Assembly (NCBI RefSeq): GCF_036321535.1
Contig: NC_087437.1
Coordinates: forward strand, 74,278,001-74,342,000
DNA length: 64,000 bases
Direction: 5' to 3'
DNA from: Camelus dromedarius
Taxonomy: Eukaryota
The notes under the pieces were generated by a model that saw nothing but the letters and a program-made list of their open reading frames with translations, made no database searches and was not told the DNA's origin. This document shows, one piece after another, positions 53,120-64,000 of this stretch (position 1 is the stretch's first letter; every line of letters starts with the position of its first letter). The position numbers were made by a program, and so were the translations under genes.

Positions 53120-55205
53120 TTCATCCCAGCCAAGCTTCCAAGTGCCAAAAGCCCCAACCTATATCTCATAGTAACCTCAGGAGAGACCCTGAGCCAGAAC
53201 ACTATGCAACCAAGGCACTTGATTACTGACCACCCCCTCCCCAGGAAACATAAAAGATCAATTATCTATGTAATTTCAAGCAACTCAGTTTTGGAATGAA
53301 CTGTTTTACAAAATCAAAGTAAAAATACAAATTTTGTATTAGGAACAGGGTGCCACAGAAATAAAACCTACAGATGTCAATTTGGGATTGAGCAACAGAC
53401 AGAAGCTGGGAGAACCTCAGGGGAATATGAGTGAAATTCTAAGGGGTCTGGACAATGTCAACAAATTCCTATAGCTCTAAGAAGTCTGTGAGCTAGGGCT
53501 TAAAGAAAAGTGATGAAATGTTATTGGAAGCCAGAGAAAGAGAGTTTGTCGTTACACAGTGACAGAAAATTGAGCAACACCATCGCCTGTAGTAACATGG
53601 GAAATATAAAATGTACTTAATAAACAGCATTATTTAGCTAAGATATTTCTAAGCAGAGTATTGGAGGTGTCACCTGGCTTATTCTTGCTGCCTATATTAA
53701 AATGAAAATTTTAAAAGTTAAGCAAAAAGAATGATTAAATATATAAATTATCCAGAGTTTTCTGTGTTCAAAATAAAATTATACTTAAGTTTTGCCTTTT
53801 CTGGTGGCAAACAATGCTAACAGTAAGGAAATAGTTTCTAGGAAAAGATAAAATCTAAGGCATTGTCAGGAAAACACTGCCTAAAAATGAAGGGTGTGAC
53901 CATAAAATCCTTCATCAAGACCTCAGAGATATTTAAAGTGGTATGTAAAATCAGAAAAAAAAAAAAAAAAAAAAGGGCCCTTTAAGGATCTTAGAGGCAG
54001 ACCTCACAGACTCTCTGCATTAAACAACGGGACTTCTGTGAATCTTAGGTGTGCTTGCCTATAGCAGCCTCACATGAAGCCCAAGGTAAAGAGGGTTTAT
54101 TTTAACAAAGTGTGTGATCATTGTAGCATTTTGCTAATTGAGTGAACCCTCAATATGATTCACAGGAGAACCAAAAAGGTTTTTTTTTTTTTTAAGTGAA
54201 TTATATCTGTGGAAATGCTGCTAGCCTGGACTAAAAGGAGCAGAGACAATAACAACAGAAAAAGATAGTCTTGAGCTCTGAAATTACTGTAGGCTTGAAG
54301 CAGGCTGAAAAACTATTCAAATACAAGCTACTTATTATGAAAAAGAGAAAATGATTCAGAATATGGAATCACCATCTCAAATGCTCGAGTTAAGTGTCAA
54401 AATGAATGCTCTCCACGCACCAGGCACGCACCTTAAACAAGAGCAGGCATTTGCTGGCTGATGTCAGAACTACCTGGGAAAAGTTGTTCCTGTGGGCCTC
54501 CGGTTTACCTTTATGAAATGGAGCATTTGCGGCACCTGGCCTATGTCTGTTCCATATGATGAGTATGTTGGGGGCAGATAAGTCCTCTTTTTAGTTCACA
54601 GGGCTTCAGAGCAATAGGAATCTCCCTTGAAGAAGTGTACTCCCTGAACTGAACCTGAGCTACCTCAGTCACATCCGGACTTGATTTAGATGGGGAGACG
54701 CTCGCCTACAGCCTGGGCCTGAGGCATAGAGAGATGCGCTTTAGAGGGCAAGCTGGGGAAGAATGTGTCTTGAATGGGGGGAGGGTATCTCCTGGGGCCG
54801 CAGGGCAGACTAGGATAGCTAGCTTCAAAGACGGCCCCTAATGACCCAAGTTTCCTGGTAGTTACGTCTTTCTGTAGTCTATTTCCATAATAAAGCAGGG
54901 ATGCCCCTGTGTGATGGACAATGGAAGTTAAAGTGTATGACTTCCTATCTACAGAGATCCATGGAGAGTAACTGAGGCCTCTGGCCAACAGCAGGTCCAA
55001 TTTACCGGCTACATGAATGAGCCACCTTGGAAGAGAATCCTCCAGCCCCAGTGAAACCTTCCAAGTGATATCTGATCGTAAACTCGTAAGATACCCCAAA
55101 CCAGAACCATTCAACTAAGAAATGATGAGAGACAACAAATGACCATTATTGTTTTTAACCACTAAATGCTGGGGTGATTGTTAAACAGGAATAGATACAT
55201 AACAC
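53120..55205 (+). mobile_element. MaLR provirus (MLT1F-like): partial 5' LTR (~53120-53329), internal region (~53330-54810), 3' LTR (~54811-55205)
   Basis: Both LTRs share 'gagaccctgagccagaac'/'gataccccaaaccagaacc' and '...aataca'-type ends; internal region starts 'aattttgtattagga' and ends in a G-rich PPT-like tract; 3' LTR starts 'tagctagcttcaaagacggcccctaatgacc'. Confidence 0.8.
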
Positions 55206-55214
55206 AGATTATCT

Positions 55215-55655
55215 TAAAAGGCATGAGATTTGTGTGAAATCATGAAGTATAGAAAATATAGAATAAAGAGAACAGGTCCAAAGACTGATCCCAGAGACAC
55301 TTCAATATTTAGGGATCCAGAGGATGAAGGTAAATCAGCAAACAAAACTTGAGGCAGTGGCTAGAGAGAGAGAGAACCAGGTGAATGTAAAATCCTGGAA
55401 AACAAGAAAAAAACTGTTTCAAAGAAGAGGAATGATCAATGTTGTCAAATACTGCTGATGGGCCAAGAAGGATAATAATTAGCATTACATTTAGCAATAT
55501 AAAGGTCACTAGGTATCCTGCTAAGAACACTTCAGGGCAAATCTGATTTAAGTTAGCTTTAAAAAGCCTGGAGAAGAGAAATCAGAAGCAGTGAGTACAG
55601 GCCACTCTTTTGGGAGTTTTGCTATAAAGGGAAAGAGAGCAATGAGGCAGTGACT
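55215..55655 (-). mobile_element. L2 internal fragment covering part of the RT domain
   Basis: ORF 55309-55530(-) contains IILLGPSAVFDNIDHS, similar to the L2/CR1 RT motif LILLDLSAAFDTVDHS. Confidence 0.8.
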
Positions 55656-56294
55656 CGAATACACTCAGACCTCCCTCAAAAGATACTGGCTCAGGAATAA
55701 AGGAGCATTATCTCAGCCACTGAAAGAAACACACAAGTTCAAAACGTACTGGAAAAAGAAAATACTACCAAATTTATATATATTCCATATTTAAAACACT
55801 AGGCCAGAACTGAAAAGGAAGTAAGCTCATCAAAAGCAGAACGTTGGTATGATTTCCTAGTTAGGAAACTGATGTACCTGCCAGTCCCCCCTGCCACCAT
55901 TGATTCACATGGTCACTAAATTTCCACAATAAATGGAAACAGAGCCAAAGAATCTCAGTAATCATATGATGAATGTGCTATCATATTGTGTCAGACAACT
56001 GTTACATTGCTTCTCCTCATCATTATAAAATTAGATAGTTATTGAAGAAGATGATAATTGGATCACAGGAAAAAAATTCTCCTGATTCTATGCCTCCTGA
56101 AATCAGTAGAGAATATACTATTGCCAAGCATTTTGAATATTCAGGAATAAGAACAAATTAGTTTGTGTGATTATTACTAAATTATGAGAAGAAAAAAGTG
56201 GAGATGTGCAAAGTTAGAATATATATATCTGGGTAGCATATTTTGTATTACATGGGAACAGAGATCAATGAGTCTATGCCATGAGTGCTGTCAT

Positions 56295-56450
56295 TTGGTA
56301 GTGGACATAGATATTTAAATCCTGAATTGCCACTTACTTGCTCGTCATCACAGGCAAATTATTTAAGCCCCCTGGTCTCAGGTTACCTACCTATAAAACA
56401 AGGACAATAAACCTGTCTTCAGGGTCATGGTGAGCATCATGGTGCCTACT
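56295..56450 (+). mobile_element. MIR SINE
   Basis: 'tttaaatcctgaattgccacttacttgct...ggcaaattatttaagcccc...cctataaaacaaggacaataa'. Confidence 0.75.
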
Positions 56451-56461
56451 AAAGGATGGTG

Positions 56462-56896
56462 GGTATCAGTCAGCTTAGGCTGCCATAACAAACCACCACA
56501 GACTGGCTGGTTTAAACAATAGAAATCTATTTTCTCACAGTTCTGGAGGCTGGGATTCCTAGATCGGGGTACCAAATGGTCCTGCCCTGGTCTGGTGAGA
56601 GCTCTCCTCCTGGCTTGCAGGCAGGTGTCTGCTTGCTATGTGCTCTTATGGGCTTTCCTCAGTACACGTACTTGGAGAGAGTGAAAGAGTGAAAGCAAGA
56701 GAAAAAGGAGGCGGTGGGGAGGTCAACTGTCTGGTGTCTCTTCTCATAAGAATGTTAATCTCATCATGAAGGCCCCACCCGCATGTCCTCCTAACCCTAA
56801 TTACCTCCCAAGTCCCCATCTCAAAATGCCATCACTTGGGGAGTTAGAGCTTCAACATATGAGTTTTGTGCAAAAATACACATTTAGTCCATAATA
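56462..56896 (-). mobile_element. ERVL-MaLR solo LTR (MLT1A0-like)
   Basis: 'tcagcttaggctgccataacaaaccaccacagactggctggtttaaacaatagaaat...tctcacagttctggaggctggga...ctaattacctcccaag...agcttcaacatatgagtttt...catttagtccataa'. Confidence 0.9.
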
Positions 56897-57099
56897 ATGC
56901 GTGATCAAAAAGAGAAAAAAAAATACGTGACAACTGTTACAGAGACTTCATCATAATGAAATCTAATACGAATGAAAATCTGTATCCTAGATTTTACTTA
57001 CTGTTTCTTTTTGCTAACCACGGTGTCATGATAGCTTTTCTTTCTTTCACAAGAAAATTTTGGTTTTGTATTTATTATCAAAACACCTTACATTCAAGA

Positions 57100-57235
57100 T
57101 GGGAACGCCTGGACTGTAAGCTTCCTGAGAGGCATCAGCCATGCCACATTCATTTTTTTTAACCCATGGCACCTACTACAATGCCTCGCACATAATCAGT
57201 GTTTCATAGATGTTTGATGAATGGATAAGTGGATT
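57100..57235 (+). mobile_element. L2 3' end
   Basis: 'ctggactgtaagcttcctgagaggca...gcacctactacaatgcctcgcacataatcagtgtttcatagatgtttgatgaatgga'. Confidence 0.75.
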
Positions 57236-58304
57236 ACACTCTGTACATCCATTCTCTTCTATTTTTGTGCCTGCAATGAAAAAGTAGAATCTGAAAGGGC
57301 GGACAGTAATACAACATGCCACAAAGAATGGCATATGACACACACCCACCAAAAGGTATAATATGTAAAGGCTATTTTAGGAACTCTAGGATATTCGTTG
57401 ATGAAGGCTACAATCTTAAATTTCTTATGCTATCTCTTTGCACTCTGACAAGAAACTCCAGAGTAAACTGGCCACTGCAAAACCCTAACTCTTATTGGCA
57501 GCGAAATTAGCAAACAGACGTGGCTCTGGTCTTTAATGGAAATGTAATCAGCAGTCTGTCTTTATGAGGGTGCGCTGCCATCACCGAATATCCACTTAGA
57601 GGCAAGGCCACAGCTGCAGGCAGCAGTCCAAAAGCATTAACATCCCCCAGGTGACAATAAGAGGATGAAAAATGCTCATGGGTAGAAGATCCATTTCAAA
57701 TTTCCTATTATTTTAGAAGTAAAACAAAAAGTGGGTCATTTTATATCAATTCAGTCTGCTGAGGTTCTCTAATTTGCCAATAAAAGACTACCAACGTCTA
57801 TCCAATAAAAGCTCTGGGTGCATTTGCGCAGAGTTAAAGGGCGTAGTCCCTTCACAGCAATGCAAAATGAGCTAACCAGCTTCCAGTAAAAGCCTTCAGA
57901 ATTGTTCTAGATCCTTCCATGACACAAAACACCCTTCATAATCCAGCCTCTTATTTCCCGGTAAAGTTTCCTCTCCTGGTGTTGTTCACATACTGAATTT
58001 TAATTACTTATCTAAAACGTTTTTCTTCTCCACAAAATTCTGGGCTCCCTGAGAACAGTGTTTATACCCGTGTCATAGGACAGTATTAAACATATGCATT
58101 TTGAATTTATACTTGGACGTGAAGGTCTAATGCATCCAAAAAGAGTTTTCAAAGATTAAAAAAAGCCATTATTTCCTGCCCAGCTATAAATTAGAAGAGA
58201 GCAGTCATCCTTAGAATAATGGTACCTGTTATGGGCTAGTGATATAAACCACACACACAAACAAAAAAGCATTTTTGGAGATATTCTGATATGGTTTGAT
58301 TTTG

Positions 58305-58670
58305 ATCATTCAACCTTGCAAACATTTACTCAACATCTACTCTGGGTCAAGTAAGTGTTGAGTACTAAGGAGTTCAGTGTCAAATAAATCTTTAATTTGC
58401 AGGATTTTACCATCTAATAGAAGAAATGGATATGTACATAGGTATATGCAATACAGTCTGCTAAGTCTGAACAAATGGCTTTGGAAGTAAAAGAAGCAAC
58501 TAACTCTTTCTTTAGGGAGTTGAATAAAGCTGCACAGAGGACATGACATGGAAGAGTCCATGACATGGAAGATATTGGAAGGGAATATTGGTGATTAAGC
58601 TGTAAGTTACCTGAAGGGAAGGGGGACAGGCAGAGAGCATTGCAAATAGGAAGGTAAAATCCTGTTTATG
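58305..58670 (-). mobile_element. L2 3' region
   Basis: 'tcattcaac...aaacatttactcaacatctactctgggtcaag...' followed by the typical L2 purine-rich body. Confidence 0.65.
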
Positions 58671-58774
58671 AAAGACACATCTTCCTACACAAAAGCTTTT
58701 TCCAAACTTCTTTCTTATCAAGAAAACCCGTTTTGATCAATTTTCTCCAGCCTCTCCAAGGAGATAAGGTCTCT

Positions 58775-59280
58775 CCTCAACCACAGTGGGCAAATTATGA
58801 CTGATTTAAACAAATCTTTCTCTCACCAATAGATGGTCAAGAGCATGAGATGTAATTCTGGCCAGTGGGACAAGAGGAGATGCCTGAAGACTTCCAATAA
58901 AGTTCTTTCACTCCAAAAAAGCTATGTAAACCAGAAAAACTCCTTTTTACTGTCTGTGGAGCCTGTTGTTTGAAAATGTGATTTGTGGAGCTAGTTCAGC
59001 CAACTTGTGACCATGAAGAGGACAGAAGCAACAACTGCAAATGGCAAAGAGGAAAAAGGAAAGAACCAGATGGTTGATGACTTTATTATGCCACTGAACC
59101 AACTAACGCTGCAATCTCTCTCTCGGCTTTTTTTTTTTTTCTTTTCTTTTTTTTTTTTTTAATTGAGATATAGTCACTTTACAATGCTGTGTCAATTTTT
59201 GGATTTTTTAGTATGAAATTTAAAAATATTCTTTAAGCCACTTAAATCAGTTTTATGAAAATATCCAAATTAATGCAGTC
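58775..59280 (+). mobile_element. MaLR LTR (MLT1J-like), interrupted by a micro-L1
   Basis: 'gcatgagatgtaattctggccagtgggacaagaggaga', 'aatgtgatttgtggagctagttcagccaacttgtgaccatgaagagg', 'ctttaagccactt'. Confidence 0.7.
59128..59200 (-). mobile_element. Extremely 5'-truncated young L1 (tail plus ~40 nt)
   Basis: T-tract then attgagatatagtcactttacaatgctgtgtcaa, 30/34 identical to the reverse complement of the L1 3' terminus at ~7800-7833. Confidence 0.8.
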
Positions 59281-60184
59281 TAAAAATGCATGATGTATCT
59301 GGGAAACAGTCAAAACGCCATTTGTAATTAAGGACATATTTTAGACAGAGGAAGTTTGGAAGAGTGAATGGCAAGGGAAAAGAAGCATAAGTTTGAAAAT
59401 ATAGGGTAACATTAAACCCTGAAGGGCCTTCTCTCTTATGCTACTGTCTCACTATCTATGGAATCTTAGACCCTAAAATGAAGTAGAAAATAAAGCCTCT
59501 GAGACATAGATCCGAGGTTGATTTAAGAAATAATAGAATTGACAGAGTATGGGAAAGGGAATGAAGACAAGAAAAAGGAAGTCTTTTAAGAGAAGTATAG
59601 AGGGAAATTCTGAATCAGATTAAAGTATAGATAAGTAATCTTTTAAGTGTCTTGAATAACGAGGGATTCAACAACCCGACAGCAGCATTTTTCCTGTTTC
59701 TCTCGCAAAGGTTGTAGAAATATTAGTCAGAAGTGTTTGAAAAGAGTCAAAATTGAAAAGCGGCAAGAAATTATGAGTGTTAAACCAAAGGAGTACCAAA
59801 TATGTTATCATAGTGGCCATTATATTTAATGCCTCTTTTAAAGTGTTTAATTATAGCTCTCAAGACAGATGTAACTGCATTCGGTGAAAACCCACGCATC
59901 TAAGTGAAAAGGGGTCATAAGTATTTGAGTGCTAACTCCTGCTGTATCATGCCTCTCAGAAAGAGGGGGAACAGCCTCCATTTAATTACCTAATTGTGTT
60001 TATCACAGGAAATTAATAGATATATCTCCCATGACTCTGTGTATCCAATCAACGTGAAAAAGAGGCTGATTAACATTTACTTTAACTCGTTTTCATTTTT
60101 AAAACTACACTTCTCACTGTAAGCCCTTGCCAGCACTATCTACATAGTGCTTTACATTTTACAAACTTTTTTTTCAAATATACT

Positions 60185-60295
60185 CAAAATTCATTTGCCC
60201 AGCAGATATTTACTGAGTACCTACTATATGCTAGGGATAATGCTAGACCCTGGAGATGGAATGGCACACAACAAGACGTGATCCCTGCTTCAGTT
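60185..60295 (-). mobile_element. L2 3' end
   Basis: 'cagatatttactgagtacctactatatgctagg...tgctagaccctggagat...tgatccctgctt'. Confidence 0.75.
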
Positions 60296-61049
60296 ATAGC
60301 AAAGGTTCCACTGCTAGGGGTCTACCTTAGACTCACCTGAGGGAGGTTTTAAAATTCACTCATGCCCACGACCTAACTTTTTACCAGCAAGTATGTGTTC
60401 AACTAACTCACTCTGCTACTATTTCCCAATTATAAGTAGTACATACAGCTAGCATTCTCGATCAACTAGATGATACTGAGATTTTTGCAGATGATCCTCT
60501 CTCTGCTCGTGTCTGGTTTCGTAACAGAAAGAGAAAAACAAATTACTCAGCATGATGCAACTGGTCTCTCTCAACTTCAGTGATTATCTTTTATTCAGTA
60601 AACACTTCTCTGCACCAATTTGCTCCTTATTCCTTACCTGCCACTGCCAAAATCCATATATTGGGAAACTATTCTTTTTTATTATTATTATCACAATTCC
60701 TTCTAGTTTAAAAAAGATTGACTACACTTATAGGCTGCTATTTTCTAAAAGACCATACATAATCTGTTTTCCAGTTTAACAGCAACATTTAAAATATTTT
60801 ATGACCAAAACAGTTATGAAACAATTAATGGATGACAAATTTTTTAAGATACGAGCAGAAAGACAATTCTCCAAAGGGAAAATTCTATTCTGGCTTATAG
60901 ATTTTATGGAATTCTACTTACAGTGGTAACCTACTTCTATTTACCTGGCAATTGTGTCTTTTCACTGCAAGGTTCCCAGTAGGTTTTTTAAGATTGGTCT
61001 CTGTTCATTTCCGTGCTTGAACACTTCAGTCGTCAAGTTCATTCATAAC

Positions 61050-61407
61050 TAGTTTTCTTATCCTATTAAGAAAATAGGAGGGTGATTTAATTCCCTATCT
61101 CCCTGAAATTAGGCGAGGCCACGTGACCAGTTCTGGCCAGTAGTTTGCGGTATGCACCTGTTGTGGACTAAAGCATTTTAACTGCTGGTGAAAGACTCTC
61201 CAGACTTTTTCTTCTCTTGCTATGCTAACTGAGAAACTTGTGAATCATGTCTTCCAGATAGTGTCGCTATAATATAGAAGGTAGAGCCCTCAACAATCTG
61301 GTCCCTGAGTGACTGTATGGAACAAAGCCCCTGCTGATCTACCAGTGAGAGTAGTATAAATGAGAGGCAGAGACTTAACAGAAGCCTAACCTAACCTGAC
61401 GAATACA
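61050..61407 (+). mobile_element. MaLR LTR (MLT1H/I-like)
   Basis: 'gaaattaggcgaggccacgtgaccagttctggcca', 'aagcattttaactgctggtgaaagactctccag', 'ggtccctgagtgactgtatggaacaaagcccc', ends '...cctgacgaataca'. Confidence 0.8.
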
Positions 61408-62430
61408 CCTCATTGTTTTGGGATCCAAGGCAGTCAGGGTTAGTGGAAAACCAGGTTGTTCACAGCTTTATTCTTCTTTTCTCAGTAAACAGTATGTTTC
61501 ATCCTCCTCTATGAAAAACACCTAAAAATCTCAAAAAGTCAAGCTCTAAGGTTGAATCTATAGATACAACAGCTCACTGCTTCTTTTTATCTTCCTCTAA
61601 AAATAGTATAAATGGGTGCCACTGATGGGTGCCCAGAAGGTATATAATCACCTTCAAAGGCTCCTGTGACAGCAAATTCTTTGTTCACTTATGTTTTCCA
61701 GTCTTGAATGTCTCTTTTTTTTTTTTTTCCCAAAAGTCTCTGATACTTTCCTCGTTTAGAACTAACACATAACTCCTTGGAATTGTCTCTCTGAAATAAT
61801 GCTTCAGACTCAAGGAGGAGGCAATATGGGAAGAGCAACTCAGAATCATGCACTGGCCAGACATAACTGTAGACACTGTGGTTATTCATATGATTTGTAC
61901 TTCCAAAAACGGTAAATTGGATTTACTTTTGCTGAGCCATTCCACTCACAGCTGTCATTCAACATACTGAAAATGTTTTCCCTTTGTGTTCAAAGGTCAT
62001 GCAGAATGTCAATTTGTCTTCTCAAAAAGTGATGAAACCAACTATTGCAGGTGGAACAAAAATCACATAACAATTCATTCTAAGCATCATTATGAGTTCC
62101 ACTGAATTTAAAAGATTTTAACTTTAAAATGAAGGTTTCATTTTTCCTCAGAAAAAGAAATGAAATTCCTTTTCCATTTCTAAGATCATACTATGCCAAA
62201 CAAAATATTACTCCTACTTATAATTAACCTCAGGCTATAGGGAAAAAACTGTATCATTTCTAATTTTGTCTATTAGACAAATGGTCTTCATTTAGAGAAT
62301 GCAGTGATATTTTAAGCAAAATTTAACAGTGAATTCAGATTAGCACAGACACTGCCCGCTATAAGATTACTTTCCCAAGAGCAACACAATACATTCAGGT
62401 AAAAGAATTTTTTGCTAGGAGAAGGAGGAA

Positions 62431-62807
62431 TGTATTAACCATTCTTTATTAACTTGTAATGACAGATAATCCCCAAATCTCAATGACTTTCAACAACAAG
62501 GTTTACACGGTGTTCATGTTTATTCAGATTACTGATCAGCTTTGACTTTGCTCCATTTCGGGTCCCACATTACAGGAGGATCTCTATCAAGGACATGTTA
62601 TTCTTCTGGAAGAGGGAAAAAAGCAGTACTGGAACCATGTGACAGTTTTTAAATCTTCTGCTCTGAAAAAATACATATCACTTTACTCACAATTCATTGA
62701 ACAAAGCGAGATACATGGTCAAGTCTCCTGTTGATAGAGTAGGAAAAAAATAATCTTCTCATAGGGAGAGGCAGCAACTAATTGGAAACAAAACCACAAT
62801 CTACCCA
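62431..62807 (-). mobile_element. MaLR LTR (MLT1K/L-like)
   Basis: 'tgtatta...aatccccaaatctcaatgactttcaacaacaaggttta...tttaaatcttctgct...cacaattcattgaacaaagcgag...caatctaccca'. Confidence 0.75.
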
Positions 62808-63434
62808 AAGGTATTTTTCACCTAATCATTTCTCAGTTGTTGAGGTTTGAGCTAGACTGGCATGCCTGACAGGAAGCTTGCAGCCTGACTTACAGTAGCC
62901 TGACTCCAGGTTTATCCCTGTCAACTCTAAATCCCTGGGAATACACTGAGCTAATTTCCATCTAAATGCATACCTCTTCTTAACAGTGAGGTTCTGCTAA
63001 CACTTTCTTTGGGTTCTCCATCCCAAGAGGGCAAGACACATAGAGGTGAAAACCTTAAGAAAATAGTGCTTTGCTTTTCCCTTTTAAAGCTATTCACTGA
63101 ACCCAGCAGAAACAGTGCTCCGTATTTTTTCAAGTCTAGGCAATCTTTTGGATCCCGAGCCCCAATGTTGAAACACTATGCAGTCTAAGGAAGAACTCAA
63201 ACTATTGGACTCTTGATCATCTCATGACTATCTGATGTTTGTCACTTTATGTGCTTATTTGGGTTTTTAGACATCCTCACATTAAAGTGAATTAAGGTTA
63301 ATACTGTTTGAACATTGTTATCTTGTTCTGCCTTAGCTGACTTCTACAAAATTCAACTCTTTCTTGGTTATCCTGTAGCAGGAGTAGTAACGGCTAATGT
63401 GGTAGTGGTAGTAGTTGCAATTATAATAAGACTA

Positions 63435-63620
63435 GTAACAGATTCATTTTATCATACAACAGACCTACGGGGTATGATGAAATGAAGATGAAGACACTGA
63501 GGCACAGAGAGGGTACTCTTCCTTTGCAAAGTTCCACAGCTAGAAAGTGGAAGAGCTGGGATTTGAATCCAGGCTGTGTGACCCTACAGCCCATCCCTGA
63601 ATCACTCTGCTGTATTGCTC
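63435..63620 (-). mobile_element. MIR SINE
   Basis: 'gatgaagacactgaggcacagagagg...cacagctagaaagtggaagagctgggatttgaatccaggct'. Confidence 0.85.
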
Positions 63621-63769
63621 CCTTCCTTCTAGTAAGGCTGCTGATCTAAGTTCTTGTCTATCTACCAACTTTGTGACTAAAACTTTGTAAAGCCTCTTTT
63701 AAAGAAAATTTGCATTACTAGAACAAATAAAGTGAAACTAATCATGTATTTCTCCTTATCTTTATTTTA

Positions 63770-64000
63770 TGACATTATATGGTATTGCCCATATGTGGAA
63801 TCTTAAAAAAGAAACAAGAGGACACTAATGAACTCATCTACAAAACAGAAGCAGACTCGCAGGCATAGTACACAATCTTATGGTTACTGGGGGAATTGGG
63901 TAGGAAGGGATAAATTTGGGAGTTTGAGATTTGCAAATGTTAGCCACTATATATAAAAATACATTAAAAAAAAAAACAGGTTTCTTCTGTATAGCACAAG
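63770..64000 (+). mobile_element. Young lineage-specific L1 3' UTR (runs off the window end)
   Basis: 'atatgtggaatcttaaaaaa...aatgaactcatctacaaaacagaagcagactcgcaggcatag...gggataaatttgggagtttgagatttgcaaatg...ctgtatagcaca'. Confidence 0.9.

Noticed and set aside
54686..55114. 142-aa minus-strand ORF
   Set aside because: Antisense reading of the MLT1 3' LTR and internal junction
61597..61606. Perfect MEF2 site CTAAAAATAG
   Set aside because: Isolated AT-rich 10-mer with no supporting motif cluster
1..64000. Prokaryote-style systems (CRISPR arrays, operons, defence islands) and numts
   Set aside because: Sequence is mammalian repeat-rich nuclear DNA; no repeat-spacer periodicity, dense ORFs or mitochondrial-like sequence seen

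Overview
AT-rich, CpG-poor mammalian nuclear DNA. I see no CpG island, rRNA, intact tRNA, CRISPR array or recognisable protein-coding gene. A tRNA-derived SINE with the ...CTAATTACCTCCCC tail (vic-1-like, 20.9-21.1 kb) and the 3' UTRs of the young L1 copies (7.2 kb, 59.1 kb, 63.8 kb) point to a camelid genome; this is an inference from recalled repeat consensi, not a database search. Much of the window is interspersed repeat: old and young L1/HAL1, L2, MIR, many ERVL-MaLR (MLT1) LTRs including one LTR-internal-LTR provirus, LTR16/LTR33, an ERV1-type solo LTR with a 4-bp TSD, and MER5-type hAT fossils. LTRs lie in both orientations, which fits intergenic or deep-intronic DNA. The ORF track is explained by repeats, microsatellites or chance. 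Best observations: a 28-nt tailless U6 retrocopy with a 15-bp TSD inside an L1; an unexplained ~0.9-kb stop-poor, CpG-retaining island at 51.7-52.6 kb; two candidate minus-strand exons that splice in frame; and several enhancer/CTCF/REST-like motifs. I found no evidence sufficient to claim a new biological system. Repeat subfamily names and most boundaries are approximate (by eye).
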